From contig NZ_BSTX01000001.1 in NCBI RefSeq assembly GCF_030269765.1, forward strand, positions 1,975,571-2,039,570: DNA of 64,000 bases, read 5' to 3'. Below, piece by piece: positions 1 to 9,448 of the stretch. Position 1 is the stretch's first letter. Every line of letters begins with the position of its first letter. The notes under the pieces were generated by a model. The model was not told the DNA's origin and searched no databases. It saw only the letters and a program-made list of their open reading frames with translations. A program made the position numbers and the translations under genes. Origin of the DNA: Actinorhabdospora filicis (GTDB lineage: Bacteria; Actinomycetota; Actinomycetes; Mycobacteriales; Micromonosporaceae).

Positions 1-391
1 CGACCGATGGCCACCACCACCGGCAAGCCCCTAGCGGCTCGCGACTCACGGCTGGCGGCTCGCGGCTCGCGGCCGACGAAAAGTGTCTCGATCGCATGGT
101 GAAGCCCTACGCGCGCGTGCAGCGGCGCAACCAACCCGGTCGGCCACGAAGCACCGTGTGCCAAAAAACAGAGCCCACCTCCGGCTCGGGAGAAATGTTG
201 TGAGCTCCCGGGGTCCAGGGGACGGAGTTCCCTGGTGGGGATCCAAGGGGCAAAGCCCCTTGGGCACCAAGCGAAGCCGCAGCCAGCCACGACCGCAAGC
301 CCCACGCACCCTCACCCCTCCCACCCGCGCTACGATTTGGTCAATCGCCCAAGGCGTCCGCCCTGGACACCCACCCAACCCAGGACACCCC

Positions 392-955
392 ATGCCTCCC
401 ACCCCCCTCTCCCCCTCCGCCGAAAAAGGCCTCGCCGCCCGCCGCAAGCTCACCTCCGCCGCCGCCGCCCTCATCGGCGAGCTCGGCTGGACCGCGGTCA
501 GCACCCGCCAGATCGCCGAGCGCGCCGGTGTCCGGCCGGGCATCGTCCACTACCACTTCCCCTCGATCAAGGCCCTGCTCGCCGAGGCCGCGCTGGCCAC
601 GATCGAGCCGATCGTGGCCGCCGCCCTCCCCGCGCTCACCGACGCCACCCCCACCGAAGCACTGGACGCCCTGGTCCAGGGCCTGGACGCCTACCGCGGC
701 ACCGATCCCGCGTCCCTGGTCTTCACCGAGATGTACCTGGCCGCCGCCCGCGATCCCGAGCTGCGCGAGCGCATGGCCGGGGTCATGCACCGCTTCAAGG
801 CCGCGCTCACCGGCTGCTTCGGTGACGAGGCGACCGCGACGGTCGTCATGGCGGTCCTGGACGGTTTCGTGCTGCAACGGACGATGGACCCGTCGCTGCG
901 CGCGGCCTCGCTCGTCCCGGTGCTGCGCCGGATACTGCCGGGCGGTGTCTCATGA
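392..955 (+). CDS. TetR family transcriptional regulator
   Basis: N-terminal HTH segment (STRQIAERAGVRPGIVHYHFPSIKALL) typical of TetR. ATG at 392 chosen over the upstream ORF extension (Pro-rich, no RBS). Stop overlaps the next gene's start (ATGA). Confidence 0.75.
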   Translation: MPPTPLSPSAEKGLAARRKLTSAAAALIGELGWTAVSTRQIAERAGVRPGIVHYHFPSIKALLAEAALATIEPIVAAALPALTDATPTEALDALVQGLDAYRGTDPASLVFTEMYLAAARDPELRERMAGVMHRFKAALTGCFGDEATATVVMAVLDGFVLQRTMDPSLRAASLVPVLRRILPGGVS

Positions 956-2127
956 GGACGGTCATCGTGGGCGCGGGCATCGCGGGCCTGACCCTGGCGG
1001 GCCGGCTGGCCGACCGGGGTGGTGAGGTGACGGTCGTGGAGCGCGCGCCGGGTCCGCGCGAGCAGGGGTACATGATCGATTTCTTCGGCCCGGGTTTCGA
1101 GGCGGCCGAGGCGATCGGGGTCCTGCCGCGGTTGCGCGAGCTGGGCTACCGGATCGAGCGTTTCGGCTATGTCGACGAGCGGGGCCGGACGCGCGCGAGC
1201 CTGGACTACCGGCGTTTCCAGCGGGTCGCCGAGGGCCGCCTGTTCAGCATCATGCGCCCGGATCTGGAGCGCGGGCTGCGCGAGTACGCCGCCGGGCGGG
1301 TGGATCTGCGGTACGCCACCACGGTGGCGGGTTTCGACAACCGGGCCGACGGGGTCACGGTGTCCCTTTCGGACGGTGACTCGATCGAGGCGGATCTCCT
1401 CGTGGGCGCCGACGGGATCCGCTCGGCCACGCGCGCGGCGGTGCTGGGCCCGGAGGAGTCGTTCGTCCGCCATCTCGGGATGCACACCGCGGCCTGGGTC
1501 TTCGCCGACGCCGGTGCGCACGAGCGGGTCCGCGACGGCTTTTACCTCACCGACACGATCGGCGCGCACATGGGCTTCTACGCGCTGCGCGAGGGGATGG
1601 TGGCGGCCTTCGCCGTCCACCGCTCCGATCCGCCGCTGCCGGTGGATCCGCGCGCCACGGTCCGGGAGACCTACGCCGGTCTCGGCTGGCTCGCGCCGAC
1701 GGCGCTGCGGCACCTGCCGCAAGAACCGGGCGCGCTCTACTACGACCAGGTCGCGCAGATCCTGCTGCCGCGCTGGTTCACCGGGCGGGTGGTGCTGATC
1801 GGCGACGCCGCGCACGCGGTGTCCCTTGTGGCCGGACAGGGGGCGTCACTGGGCATCGCGGGCGCCTACGTGCTGGCCCGGCGGCTCGAAGAGGAGCCGA
1901 GCGTGGACGCCGCCCTGGCCGCCTACCAGGCGCGCTGGCACCCGGTGGCCACCGAGCGCGCCCGGATCGGGCGGCGGGGAGCCGAATGGATCCTGCCCTC
2001 GTCACCGCTGCGGCTGCTCATGCGCCGGTGGGCGCTCAAGGCGATGCGCCTGCCGGGTCTCGACAAGCGCCTCGCGGCGGGCCTGCTGGGCAAGGACCGC
2101 ACGCCGGTGACCGCGACCGCCGGTTAG
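952..2127 (+). CDS. FAD-dependent monooxygenase/oxidoreductase
   Basis: N-terminal Rossmann GxGxxG (VIVGAGIAGLTLAGRL) plus a GD motif (LIGDAAH). Classic TetR-monooxygenase pairing. Confidence 0.85.
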   Translation: MRTVIVGAGIAGLTLAGRLADRGGEVTVVERAPGPREQGYMIDFFGPGFEAAEAIGVLPRLRELGYRIERFGYVDERGRTRASLDYRRFQRVAEGRLFSIMRPDLERGLREYAAGRVDLRYATTVAGFDNRADGVTVSLSDGDSIEADLLVGADGIRSATRAAVLGPEESFVRHLGMHTAAWVFADAGAHERVRDGFYLTDTIGAHMGFYALREGMVAAFAVHRSDPPLPVDPRATVRETYAGLGWLAPTALRHLPQEPGALYYDQVAQILLPRWFTGRVVLIGDAAHAVSLVAGQGASLGIAGAYVLARRLEEEPSVDAALAAYQARWHPVATERARIGRRGAEWILPSSPLRLLMRRWALKAMRLPGLDKRLAAGLLGKDRTPVTATAG

Positions 2128-2999
2128 CGCAGCAGCCCCTCGGCGTCGTCGAGGACGCGGTTGAGCCGCTCGCGCCAGCCGCGGATCGCCGGCTCCTCCT
2201 CGCGCACCAGCCGGTCCATCGCCTCCGACCAGGCCGCGGCGTGGATGTCGCGCCAGCCGGCCCCGTCCACGCATCGGGCGGTGGCCTTCGCCAGCAGTTT
2301 CGCGTCGGCGGCGGAGACCTTCTCGGCGGCGGCGCGCACGTCCTGGACGGTGCCGTAGCCGATGTCCTTGACCGATTCCTTCATGCACGCCCGCCACGTG
2401 GTCAGGGCGGTGACCACCTGGGGCATCGCGTAGTAGAGCTCCCAGCGGGCCCGCATCGAGAACGAGTCCGGCAGCGGGATCGGCTCGTCCCCCTCCGGGG
2501 CGTCGTTGCCGAACATCGCCGCCCGGACCGTGGCGCGGCAGCCGTCATCGCCCTCGTAGGCGCGCTTGTAGGCCCGCACGTAGCTGGACGCCTGGTCCTT
2601 CCACAGTGGATTCTCCGCCTCGGCGACCGGGGAGTAGGCCTCCTCGGGCCCGAAGCCGTCCTGCTCGGCCTCGGCGACGGTCGGCGCGAGCCTGGGCGCG
2701 TCGCGCGAGACCGGCGTCCAGCCCGAGGGACCGGCGGCCACGGTCGGGTGGACGGGGTATCCGCTCTCGTCCATGCAGCGGTGCTCCAGCTCGAAGCGGA
2801 TCTCACCGAGCCGGTCGTAGACGCGGGCGCCGTCGGCCAGCACGCGCCAGACGCCGTCGGCGGCCGAACTCTGCTCCGCGCCCGCGCCGCCCCCGGCGTC
2901 GGCGGACTGCTGCGCCTTCTTGCCGCACGCGGCCGAGGCCAGCAGCGCGCCGAGCAGGAGGGCGATGAGGGTGGTCCGCGCCGCCCTAGTCGGTCGCAA
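2124..2999 (-). CDS. hypothetical lipoprotein (paralog A)
   Basis: Signal peptide with lipobox (LLGALLASAACG). Shares conserved motifs (H-x-C-M-D/E, W-R-x-C-M-K) with the adjacent gene. Confidence 0.65.
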   Translation of the reverse strand: MRPTRAARTTLIALLLGALLASAACGKKAQQSADAGGGAGAEQSSAADGVWRVLADGARVYDRLGEIRFELEHRCMDESGYPVHPTVAAGPSGWTPVSRDAPRLAPTVAEAEQDGFGPEEAYSPVAEAENPLWKDQASSYVRAYKRAYEGDDGCRATVRAAMFGNDAPEGDEPIPLPDSFSMRARWELYYAMPQVVTALTTWRACMKESVKDIGYGTVQDVRAAAEKVSAADAKLLAKATARCVDGAGWRDIHAAAWSEAMDRLVREEEPAIRGWRERLNRVLDDAEGLLR

Positions 3000-3888
3000 G
3001 GCTCACTCCGGTGCGTCGCAGCGCGGCGGCGAGCTGCGCGCGCCACGCGAGGATGTCGGGCAGGAACTCGTGGTAGAGCTCGCGGCGGACCTTGTCGCGC
3101 GCGGCGGTGTAGGCGTCGCGCAGACCGGCGCCGCTGGCGCAGGTGGACGCGTCGACGGCGACCCGGATCTCGCGCGCGGACGCCTCGTCGTACTCGGCGT
3201 CCTCGTCGAGGTACAGCTCGGCGGCGTAGCGCTCGACGTCGTCCATGGTCTTGAAGTCGGGGTAGTCCCCTTTGGACTTCATGCAGACGCGCCAGGCGGC
3301 GTAGGCCGCGACCAGCGCGGGGTCCTCGCCGTAGATGGTCTGCTGGAGGTCGGGGTCGAAGGCCAGCGGCCGCGAGACGCCCTCCTTGGTGCCCCACACC
3401 GCGACGTTGGTCCGCCCCAGGCAGCTGTCGTCGGTCAGCGGCTGGTCGGAACCGTAGTCCCAGTCCTCGTATCCGGCCAGCGCCTTCTTGTAGGAGCGCT
3501 GGTAGGCCTCCGGGCGCGCCTCGAAGGCCACGCCGTTCCCGGAGCGCTCACCGGCGCCGAAGCCGGTGCGGTTGGCCTCGTCCACGGCCGGGACGAGGAT
3601 GTAGTCGGAGCCGCCGGAATTGTCGGGGTGCACGTCGAAGCCGCGCTGCTCCATGCACTTGTGCTCCATCGCGACCGCGACGCTGATGACCTTGTCCTCC
3701 AGCAGGAAGGCGGACTGGACCACCGCCATCGGCTGCTCGGCCTCGCCGAGCCTCCCGCCGCTGGCCAGGAGCCCGGCCGTCACCGCGATGGCGGCCACGG
3801 TGGCCACGGCCGACCACCGGAGCAGCCCCCAGTCGGGCAGGGTGAGGCGAAGCCAGTCGCTCTCGGCGGTGGCGGTCGGCGAATCCAT
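2986..3888 (-). CDS. hypothetical membrane-anchored/secreted protein (paralog B)
   Basis: N-terminal TM/signal segment. Paralogous to 2124..2999 (HKCMEQRGFDVHP vs HRCMDESGYPVHP; WRVCMKSKGD vs WRACMKESVKD). Confidence 0.6.
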   Translation of the reverse strand: MDSPTATAESDWLRLTLPDWGLLRWSAVATVAAIAVTAGLLASGGRLGEAEQPMAVVQSAFLLEDKVISVAVAMEHKCMEQRGFDVHPDNSGGSDYILVPAVDEANRTGFGAGERSGNGVAFEARPEAYQRSYKKALAGYEDWDYGSDQPLTDDSCLGRTNVAVWGTKEGVSRPLAFDPDLQQTIYGEDPALVAAYAAWRVCMKSKGDYPDFKTMDDVERYAAELYLDEDAEYDEASAREIRVAVDASTCASGAGLRDAYTAARDKVRRELYHEFLPDILAWRAQLAAALRRTGVSLATD

Positions 3889-3969
3889 GCCCTGAATACG
3901 CGCCAGGGGCGGGTAAAGGTTGCGTCCGTTCAGGCCCGATTAATGCGCCGATCGGACGAATACCCGGCA

Positions 3970-4149
3970 TCACGGGAGGTCGTCGTGCAACCCCGCCGGG
4001 TTACCGCCCGGTAGCAGATCCCGCAGATGCAGGCCGTCTTCCACGACTTTCATCGGATCCGGCTTGGCCACGCCGTCCTCGGATCCGCACAGGTAGACCA
4101 GAACGCCGAATAGCGCGAGGGCCGCGAGCAGCACCGCCGCACCGGTCAT
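3970..4149 (-). CDS. small hypothetical membrane protein
   Basis: 59-aa ORF with one hydrophobic helix (AAVLLAALALFGVLVYL). Weak support. Confidence 0.25.
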   Translation of the reverse strand: MTGAAVLLAALALFGVLVYLCGSEDGVAKPDPMKVVEDGLHLRDLLPGGNPAGLHDDLP

Positions 4150-4404
4150 GCGGCGAGCGCGCCGCGAAGCTGGAAGGGAACTCACGCCTGAAAGACGCCG
4201 GGCGGCCCGGTTCGGTTGCCGCCGGAACGTACATACTTGATATGTACGCCGGGGCTGACGTCGAGCGGACCCGGGCGGGCATTCGGTGAATGACCATCCA
4301 CAGTGGACTTGGGCGGGTTTCGCCGGTTCGCTGAGGCGGCGGGGCGGCGCGCGAAGCCACCCGGCGAGACGATGTTTCCCATCCGGCAACGAATGGAGAA
4401 GCTC

Positions 4405-4557
4405 ATGAGGAATCTCGCCGACCGCTTACTCAACCGCCTGGTGCCCAAACAGACCGCCTGGGCCTGCCGCTTGGAGATCTGCGGCTCGACGCCCACGCAC
4501 GACTGCCACGCCTGCTGCAACATCCGCACCGGTGCGTGCAGCCCCTGTTCGTGCTGA
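4405..4557 (+). CDS. small cysteine-rich peptide (50 aa), possible RiPP or metallothionein-like
   Basis: GGAGAAG RBS 5 nt upstream of the ATG. Amphipathic leader-like N-terminus, then an 8-Cys C-terminal half (CRLEICGSTPTHDCHACCNIRTGACSPCSC). Contains a rare TTA Leu codon. Confidence 0.4.
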   Translation: MRNLADRLLNRLVPKQTAWACRLEICGSTPTHDCHACCNIRTGACSPCSC

Positions 4558-4598
4558 CGTGAGGGTGGCGGAGCCCGCCGCGCGGGTTCCGCCGCCGC

Positions 4599-5447
4599 TC
4601 AGCCCAGGACGCCCAGGAAGTGCTCGACCGTGGCGGCCATGGCGGCGCGGGCGTCCTTGATGTACTTGCGGGGGTCCACGACCTTCGGGTCGGCCTCAAG
4701 GTGCGCGCGGACGGCCCCGGTGAAGGCGATGTTCAGCGCGGTGCCGATGTTGATCTTCACCATGCCGCCCTTCACCGCCCGGGCCAGCTCCTCGTCGGGG
4801 ACGCCGGAGGAGCCGTGCAGCACCAGCGGGACCGGCACCGCCGCGGCGATCCGGGCGATCAGCTCGTGGTCGAGGGCGGCGTCGCGCGAGGTCATCGCGT
4901 GCGAGGAGCCGACCGCGACGGCCAGCGCGTCCACCCCGGTCGCCGCCACGTAGGCCGCGGCCTCGCCCGGGTCGGTGCGGGCGCCGGGCGCGTGCGCCGA
5001 CAGCGGCGCCTCGCCCTCCTTGCCGCCGACCTTGCCCAGCTCGCTCTCCACGTACAGCCCCTCGGCCTGCAGGTCCTCCACCGCGCCGGTGGTCAGCCGC
5101 AGGTTCTCGTCATAGGGCAGCTTGGAGTAGTCCACCATCACCGAGCCGAAGCCCAGCCCGGCCGCCTGCCGCCACAGCGCCTCGGACTCCACGTGGTCCA
5201 GGTGCAGCGCGACGGGCACCGAGGCACCGGCGGCCACGGCCTGGGAGGCGCGCGCGATCACGTCGAGGCGCCCGTGGTGGAACTTCACCGCGTTCTCGCT
5301 GATCTGCAGGATCACCGGCCGCCCGGCGGCCTCCGCCCCGGCCACGATCGCCTCGGCGTGCTCCAGCGTGATCACGTTGAACGCGCCCAGGCCGAAGCCC
5401 TCGCGGCGCGCCTCGGTCACCAGGGCGGCGGTGTGGACGAGGGGCAT
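4599..5447 (-). CDS. class II ketose-bisphosphate aldolase (tagatose/fructose-1,6-bisphosphate aldolase, GatY/KbaY-like)
   Basis: 282 aa with HLDH metal-binding motif and GSSG near the C-terminus, both typical of class II aldolases. Confidence 0.85.
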   Translation of the reverse strand: MPLVHTAALVTEARREGFGLGAFNVITLEHAEAIVAGAEAAGRPVILQISENAVKFHHGRLDVIARASQAVAAGASVPVALHLDHVESEALWRQAAGLGFGSVMVDYSKLPYDENLRLTTGAVEDLQAEGLYVESELGKVGGKEGEAPLSAHAPGARTDPGEAAAYVAATGVDALAVAVGSSHAMTSRDAALDHELIARIAAAVPVPLVLHGSSGVPDEELARAVKGGMVKINIGTALNIAFTGAVRAHLEADPKVVDPRKYIKDARAAMAATVEHFLGVLG

Positions 5448-5456
5448 GGTGTCTCC

Positions 5457-6371
5457 TTAGATCGCGGTGACGGTCACGTCGGCGCGCAGCCGCGCGAAGT
5501 CGGCGGGGTCGACGTCCCCGGCCTCGGGCCGCAGCACGGCCGCGGCCGACAGGGCGGCGGCGTCCCGGGCGACCTCGGCGCCGTCGGGGGCGCCCTCGTG
5601 CAGGGCCCGGACGAGCGCGGCCACGCAGGCGTCCCCGGCCCCGGTGGGGTTGCCGGAGATGACCGGCGGGACGGCCTTGTGCGCGCCGTCCCCGTCGACG
5701 ACGATCAGCCCGCGCGAGCCCAGGGACGCCACGACCGAACCCGCGCCCGCCTTCCGCAGCCGGTCGGCGGCCATGCGCACGCCGGCGTCGACGGACAGGT
5801 ACAGGTCGGGGGCGTACTCGGCGAGCTCGTCCCGGTTGGGTTTGACCACGTCGGGCCCGGCGGCCAGGGCGGCGGCGAAGGCCGGGCCGGAGGCGTCCAG
5901 GACGACCGGTACCCCGGCCTCGCGGGCGGCGGTGACCAGGACGGCGTAGGCGTCGGCGGGCAGGCCGCGCGGGACGCTGCCGGACAGCGCGACGGCGGTC
6001 TTGCCGGGCAGCAGCGAGTGGTAGTGCTCGACGAACAGCTCCCACTCCCCGGGGGTGACCTCGGGTCCGGGCTCCCAGAAGCCGGTGGCGTCGCCGTCGG
6101 CGACCACGACGGTCCGGCGGGTCTCCCCGGCGATGGGCGCGAAGTCGTGCGGGACGTCGAGGAGCTCGGCCACGCGCTCGCCGGTGCGCCCGCCGAGCAG
6201 GCCGGTGGCCAGCACGGGCGCGCCGACGGCGGCCAGGACGCGGGCCACGTTCAGGCCCTTGCCCCCGGCGCGTTCGGTCACCGTCGACACCCGGTGCGAC
6301 TCGTGCCGCACCAGGGCGTCGACCGTGTACGTCAGGTCGAGCGCGGTGTTGAGGGTGACGGTGAGTATCAA
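5457..6371 (-). CDS. PfkB-family sugar kinase (1-phosphofructokinase/tagatose-6-phosphate kinase)
   Basis: PfkB signatures (GGKGLNVA near the N-terminus, GAGDA near the C-terminus). TTG start overlaps the nagA stop. Confidence 0.85.
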   Translation of the reverse strand: MILTVTLNTALDLTYTVDALVRHESHRVSTVTERAGGKGLNVARVLAAVGAPVLATGLLGGRTGERVAELLDVPHDFAPIAGETRRTVVVADGDATGFWEPGPEVTPGEWELFVEHYHSLLPGKTAVALSGSVPRGLPADAYAVLVTAAREAGVPVVLDASGPAFAAALAAGPDVVKPNRDELAEYAPDLYLSVDAGVRMAADRLRKAGAGSVVASLGSRGLIVVDGDGAHKAVPPVISGNPTGAGDACVAALVRALHEGAPDGAEVARDAAALSAAAVLRPEAGDVDPADFARLRADVTVTAI

Positions 6372-7465
6372 ACCTTGCTCCCGCCACGGACGACGCCGCG
6401 CAGGTTCATGCCGGTGTCCAGTTCCAGGACGTCGGCGCGCATGCCGACCGCCAGGACGCCCCGGTCGTCGAGCCCGAGCAGCCGCGCGGGCGTGGTGGCG
6501 GTGATCTGCACGGCCTCCGGGACGGTCAGCCCGGCGCCCAGGACCGCGTTGCGGAACGCGTCGATCATGGTGATCGTGGACCCGGCGATCGAGCCGCCCT
6601 CGACCAGGCGCGCCGCGCCCTCGGCGACGCGGACCCGCAGGCCGCCCAGGTCGTACTCGCCGTCGGCCATGCCGGTGGCCGACATGGCGTCGGTGACGGC
6701 GACGATGCGCCCGGCGCCGATGGCGTTGACCGCGAAGGCGACGGTGCCCATGTGCAGGTGCACCGGGTCGACGATGAACTCGCAGATCACCCCGGGCGCG
6801 TTGAACAGCGCCGGGATCGGGCCCGGGTCGCGGTGCCCGATGGGCCGCATCCCGTTGAACGTGTGCGTCGCGGCCCGCGCGCCCGCGCCCACACCGTCCT
6901 GGGTGACCTCGTAAGAGGCGTCGGTGTGCCCGATGGAGGCGATCACACCGCGCGAGGCGAGGTAGGAGATGGCCTCCATCGCGCCCTCGCGCTCGGGGGC
7001 GATCGTCATCATCTTGACCGCGCCCGCGCCGGCGTCCACCAGCTCGGCGAGCTCACCCAGGTCGGGATCGCGCAGCGCGGCGGGGTTCTGCGCGCCGCAG
7101 CGCGCGCCCGACAGGTACGGGCCCTCGAAGTGGATGCCGTGCAGGACGCCCTCGTCGACCAGCGGCCGGAAGGCCTCCACCGCGCGCACCATGACCTCGC
7201 GTGGCGAGCTGACCAGCGACGCCAGGGTCGTGGTGGTGCCGTGCCGCAGGTGGAACGCGGCGGCCTTGCGGGCCTGCGCGGCGTCCCCGGTGGTGTAGGT
7301 CGCGCCGTCCCCGCCGTGGCAGTGGACGTCGATGAAGCCCGGGATCAGCAACGCGTCGCCGGTGACGGAGTCGTCGGGTTCGATGGCGGCGATGCGCTCG
7401 CCCTCGGTGCGCAGGACGCCCCGGAAGATGCCGCCGGGGGTGACGATGTTGCCGGTCAGGTTCAT
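6368..7465 (-). CDS. nagA: N-acetylglucosamine-6-phosphate deacetylase
   Basis: Start trimmed to MNLTGN (ATG at 7465). Motifs GFIDVHCHGG and HFEGPYLS. Confidence 0.85.
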   Translation of the reverse strand: MNLTGNIVTPGGIFRGVLRTEGERIAAIEPDDSVTGDALLIPGFIDVHCHGGDGATYTTGDAAQARKAAAFHLRHGTTTTLASLVSSPREVMVRAVEAFRPLVDEGVLHGIHFEGPYLSGARCGAQNPAALRDPDLGELAELVDAGAGAVKMMTIAPEREGAMEAISYLASRGVIASIGHTDASYEVTQDGVGAGARAATHTFNGMRPIGHRDPGPIPALFNAPGVICEFIVDPVHLHMGTVAFAVNAIGAGRIVAVTDAMSATGMADGEYDLGGLRVRVAEGAARLVEGGSIAGSTITMIDAFRNAVLGAGLTVPEAVQITATTPARLLGLDDRGVLAVGMRADVLELDTGMNLRGVVRGGSKV

Positions 7466-8412
7466 GGCGCGGTCTCTCGCATTCTGTCCAGGCCGATCAA
7501 GGACGCACCGATACAGCCTGCCTCGTCGCCGAGTTCGGCGTGCACCAGTCGCGGGACGGTGTGGAAGGTCGCCTTCGCGCGCAGCCGCGCCTCTAGGGGC
7601 TCCAGCAGCAGCGGCCCGGCCTCGGCGAGCCCGCCGCCGAGCACGATGGTGTCCGGGTCGTAGAGGGCCATGCCGATGAGCAGGCCGTCGGCGAGGACCT
7701 CGACGGTCTCCGCCCACAGCTCACCGGCCACCGCGTCGCCCTCGGCGACCTTGTGCGCGACCTCGGCGGCGCCCAGGTTCTCCCCGGTGGCCTCCTGGTA
7801 GCGGCGGGCCAGGGACGCCGCGGAGGCGATGACCTCCACGCAGCCACGCTGCCCGCAGCCGCACTGCGGGCCGTCGGGACGCACCGAGATGTGCCCGATC
7901 TCGCAGGCCGAGCCGTGCGCGCCGTCCAGGCCCTTCCCGCCGGGGAAGTACCCGGCGGCGATGCCGGTGCCGATCGCCACGAACAGCATGTACTCGCTGC
8001 CGCGCCCGGCGCCCAGCCGCGCCTCGGCCAGCGCGCCGGTGCGCACGTCGTGCCCGAGCGCGGCGGGCAGGCCCACGCGCTCCTCGACGAGCGCGCGGAA
8101 CGGGACGTCCCGCCAGCCCAGGTTCGAGGCGAACACCGCCACGCCCTTGGTGGAGTCGACCACGCCCGGGACGGTCAGGCCCACCGCGAGCGGGTTCCCG
8201 CCGAAGCCGCGCGCCTGGGCGACCAGGTCGGCGACGGTGCCCAGGACGGCGTCCACGACCGCCTCCGGGCCGCGCTCGCGGTCGGTGGGGCGGCGCACGG
8301 AGTGCAGGACCCGGCCGTCGGTGGAGACCAGGGCGCACTTCATGAGCGTCCCGCCGACATCGACGGCGATGACGACATCGCCCATCGCGGCCTTGGGCTC
8401 CGGCGCGCTCAT
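7462..8412 (-). CDS. ROK-family sugar kinase (N-acetylhexosamine/glucokinase)
   Basis: ROK motifs: DVGGT near the N-terminus and the CGCGxxGC zinc motif (CGCGQRGCVE). Confidence 0.85.
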   Translation of the reverse strand: MSAPEPKAAMGDVVIAVDVGGTLMKCALVSTDGRVLHSVRRPTDRERGPEAVVDAVLGTVADLVAQARGFGGNPLAVGLTVPGVVDSTKGVAVFASNLGWRDVPFRALVEERVGLPAALGHDVRTGALAEARLGAGRGSEYMLFVAIGTGIAAGYFPGGKGLDGAHGSACEIGHISVRPDGPQCGCGQRGCVEVIASAASLARRYQEATGENLGAAEVAHKVAEGDAVAGELWAETVEVLADGLLIGMALYDPDTIVLGGGLAEAGPLLLEPLEARLRAKATFHTVPRLVHAELGDEAGCIGASLIGLDRMRETAP

Positions 8413-8437
8413 GCCCGGCCCTCCCGGTTCGCCTCGC

Positions 8438-9316
8438 TCACGACAGGACGACCGAGCGGGTCAGGTTCCGCGGGTTGTCGGGGTCGGCGCCCCGGGCCTG
8501 CGCGGCGGCGACTGCGACGCGCTGCGCGCGGATCAGGTCGGCGACCGGGTCCAGCCCGGAGGTGATGAACGCGCCACCGGTCTCGGCGACCTGCTCGGCC
8601 AGGCCCTCGGGGGCCTCACCGAACATCCACGCCGCGCGGTTGGGGCCGGTGATGGAGATCGGGCCGTGGCGGTACTCCATGGCCGGGTAGGACTCCGTCC
8701 AGAAGGTCGCGGCCTCGCGCATCTTCAGCCCGGCCTCGTTGGCCAGGCCGTTCGTCCAGCCGCGGCCCAGGTAGGTGACCTGCTCCAGGCTCGCCACGTC
8801 CACCGGCAGGGGCGCGGTGACGGCCGTCTCGGCGTCGGCGATGGCCTGGGTGAGGTCCTCGCCGAGGCTGGCGCGCAGCAGAGTGAGGGCCGTGGTCGCG
8901 AAGCGGGTCTGCACGACCGACTTCTCATCGGCGAAGTCCAGGATGACCGCGTCGCCCACCAGGCTCGGCAGGGGCGTGTCCGGGTCACCGATCAGCGCGG
9001 CCGTCGGGACGTCCCCGGGCAGGCGCTTGAACACGTCGATCACCTCGGTCGTGGTGCCCGAGCGGCAGATCGACAGGACCCGGTCGTACGTGCGGCCGTA
9101 GGGGAACTCCGAGGCGGCGAACGCGTCGGTCTCACCCTGCCCGGCGGCCTCGCGCAGCGCGGCGTAGGACTGTCCCATGAACCAGGAGGTGCCGCAGCCG
9201 ATGACGGCGACGCGCTCGCCCGGGCGGGGCAGCGCGGCGGCGCGCTCGGCGGCCAGCTCCACGGCGCGACGCCACGTCTTCGGCTGGCTGGCGATCTCCG
9301 CTTCGACGTACGTCAT
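8438..9316 (-). CDS. SIS-domain sugar phosphate isomerase/deaminase (AgaS-like)
   Basis: Two SIS-like segments (VIGCGTSW; later GRGWTNGLANEAGLKMRE). Confidence 0.8.
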   Translation of the reverse strand: MTYVEAEIASQPKTWRRAVELAAERAAALPRPGERVAVIGCGTSWFMGQSYAALREAAGQGETDAFAASEFPYGRTYDRVLSICRSGTTTEVIDVFKRLPGDVPTAALIGDPDTPLPSLVGDAVILDFADEKSVVQTRFATTALTLLRASLGEDLTQAIADAETAVTAPLPVDVASLEQVTYLGRGWTNGLANEAGLKMREAATFWTESYPAMEYRHGPISITGPNRAAWMFGEAPEGLAEQVAETGGAFITSGLDPVADLIRAQRVAVAAAQARGADPDNPRNLTRSVVLS

Positions 9317-9448
9317 ACATCCTCCTGTGGGGCGTTTGAGCGCTCCTGATAAAAAACGCGCAACGGGTTCGACGCTGCGGCCCGCTTTCGCGCATTATTG
9401 TGCACACCAACCCGCTCATAGTCGAGACCGGGGGGAAGAAGGGATGCC

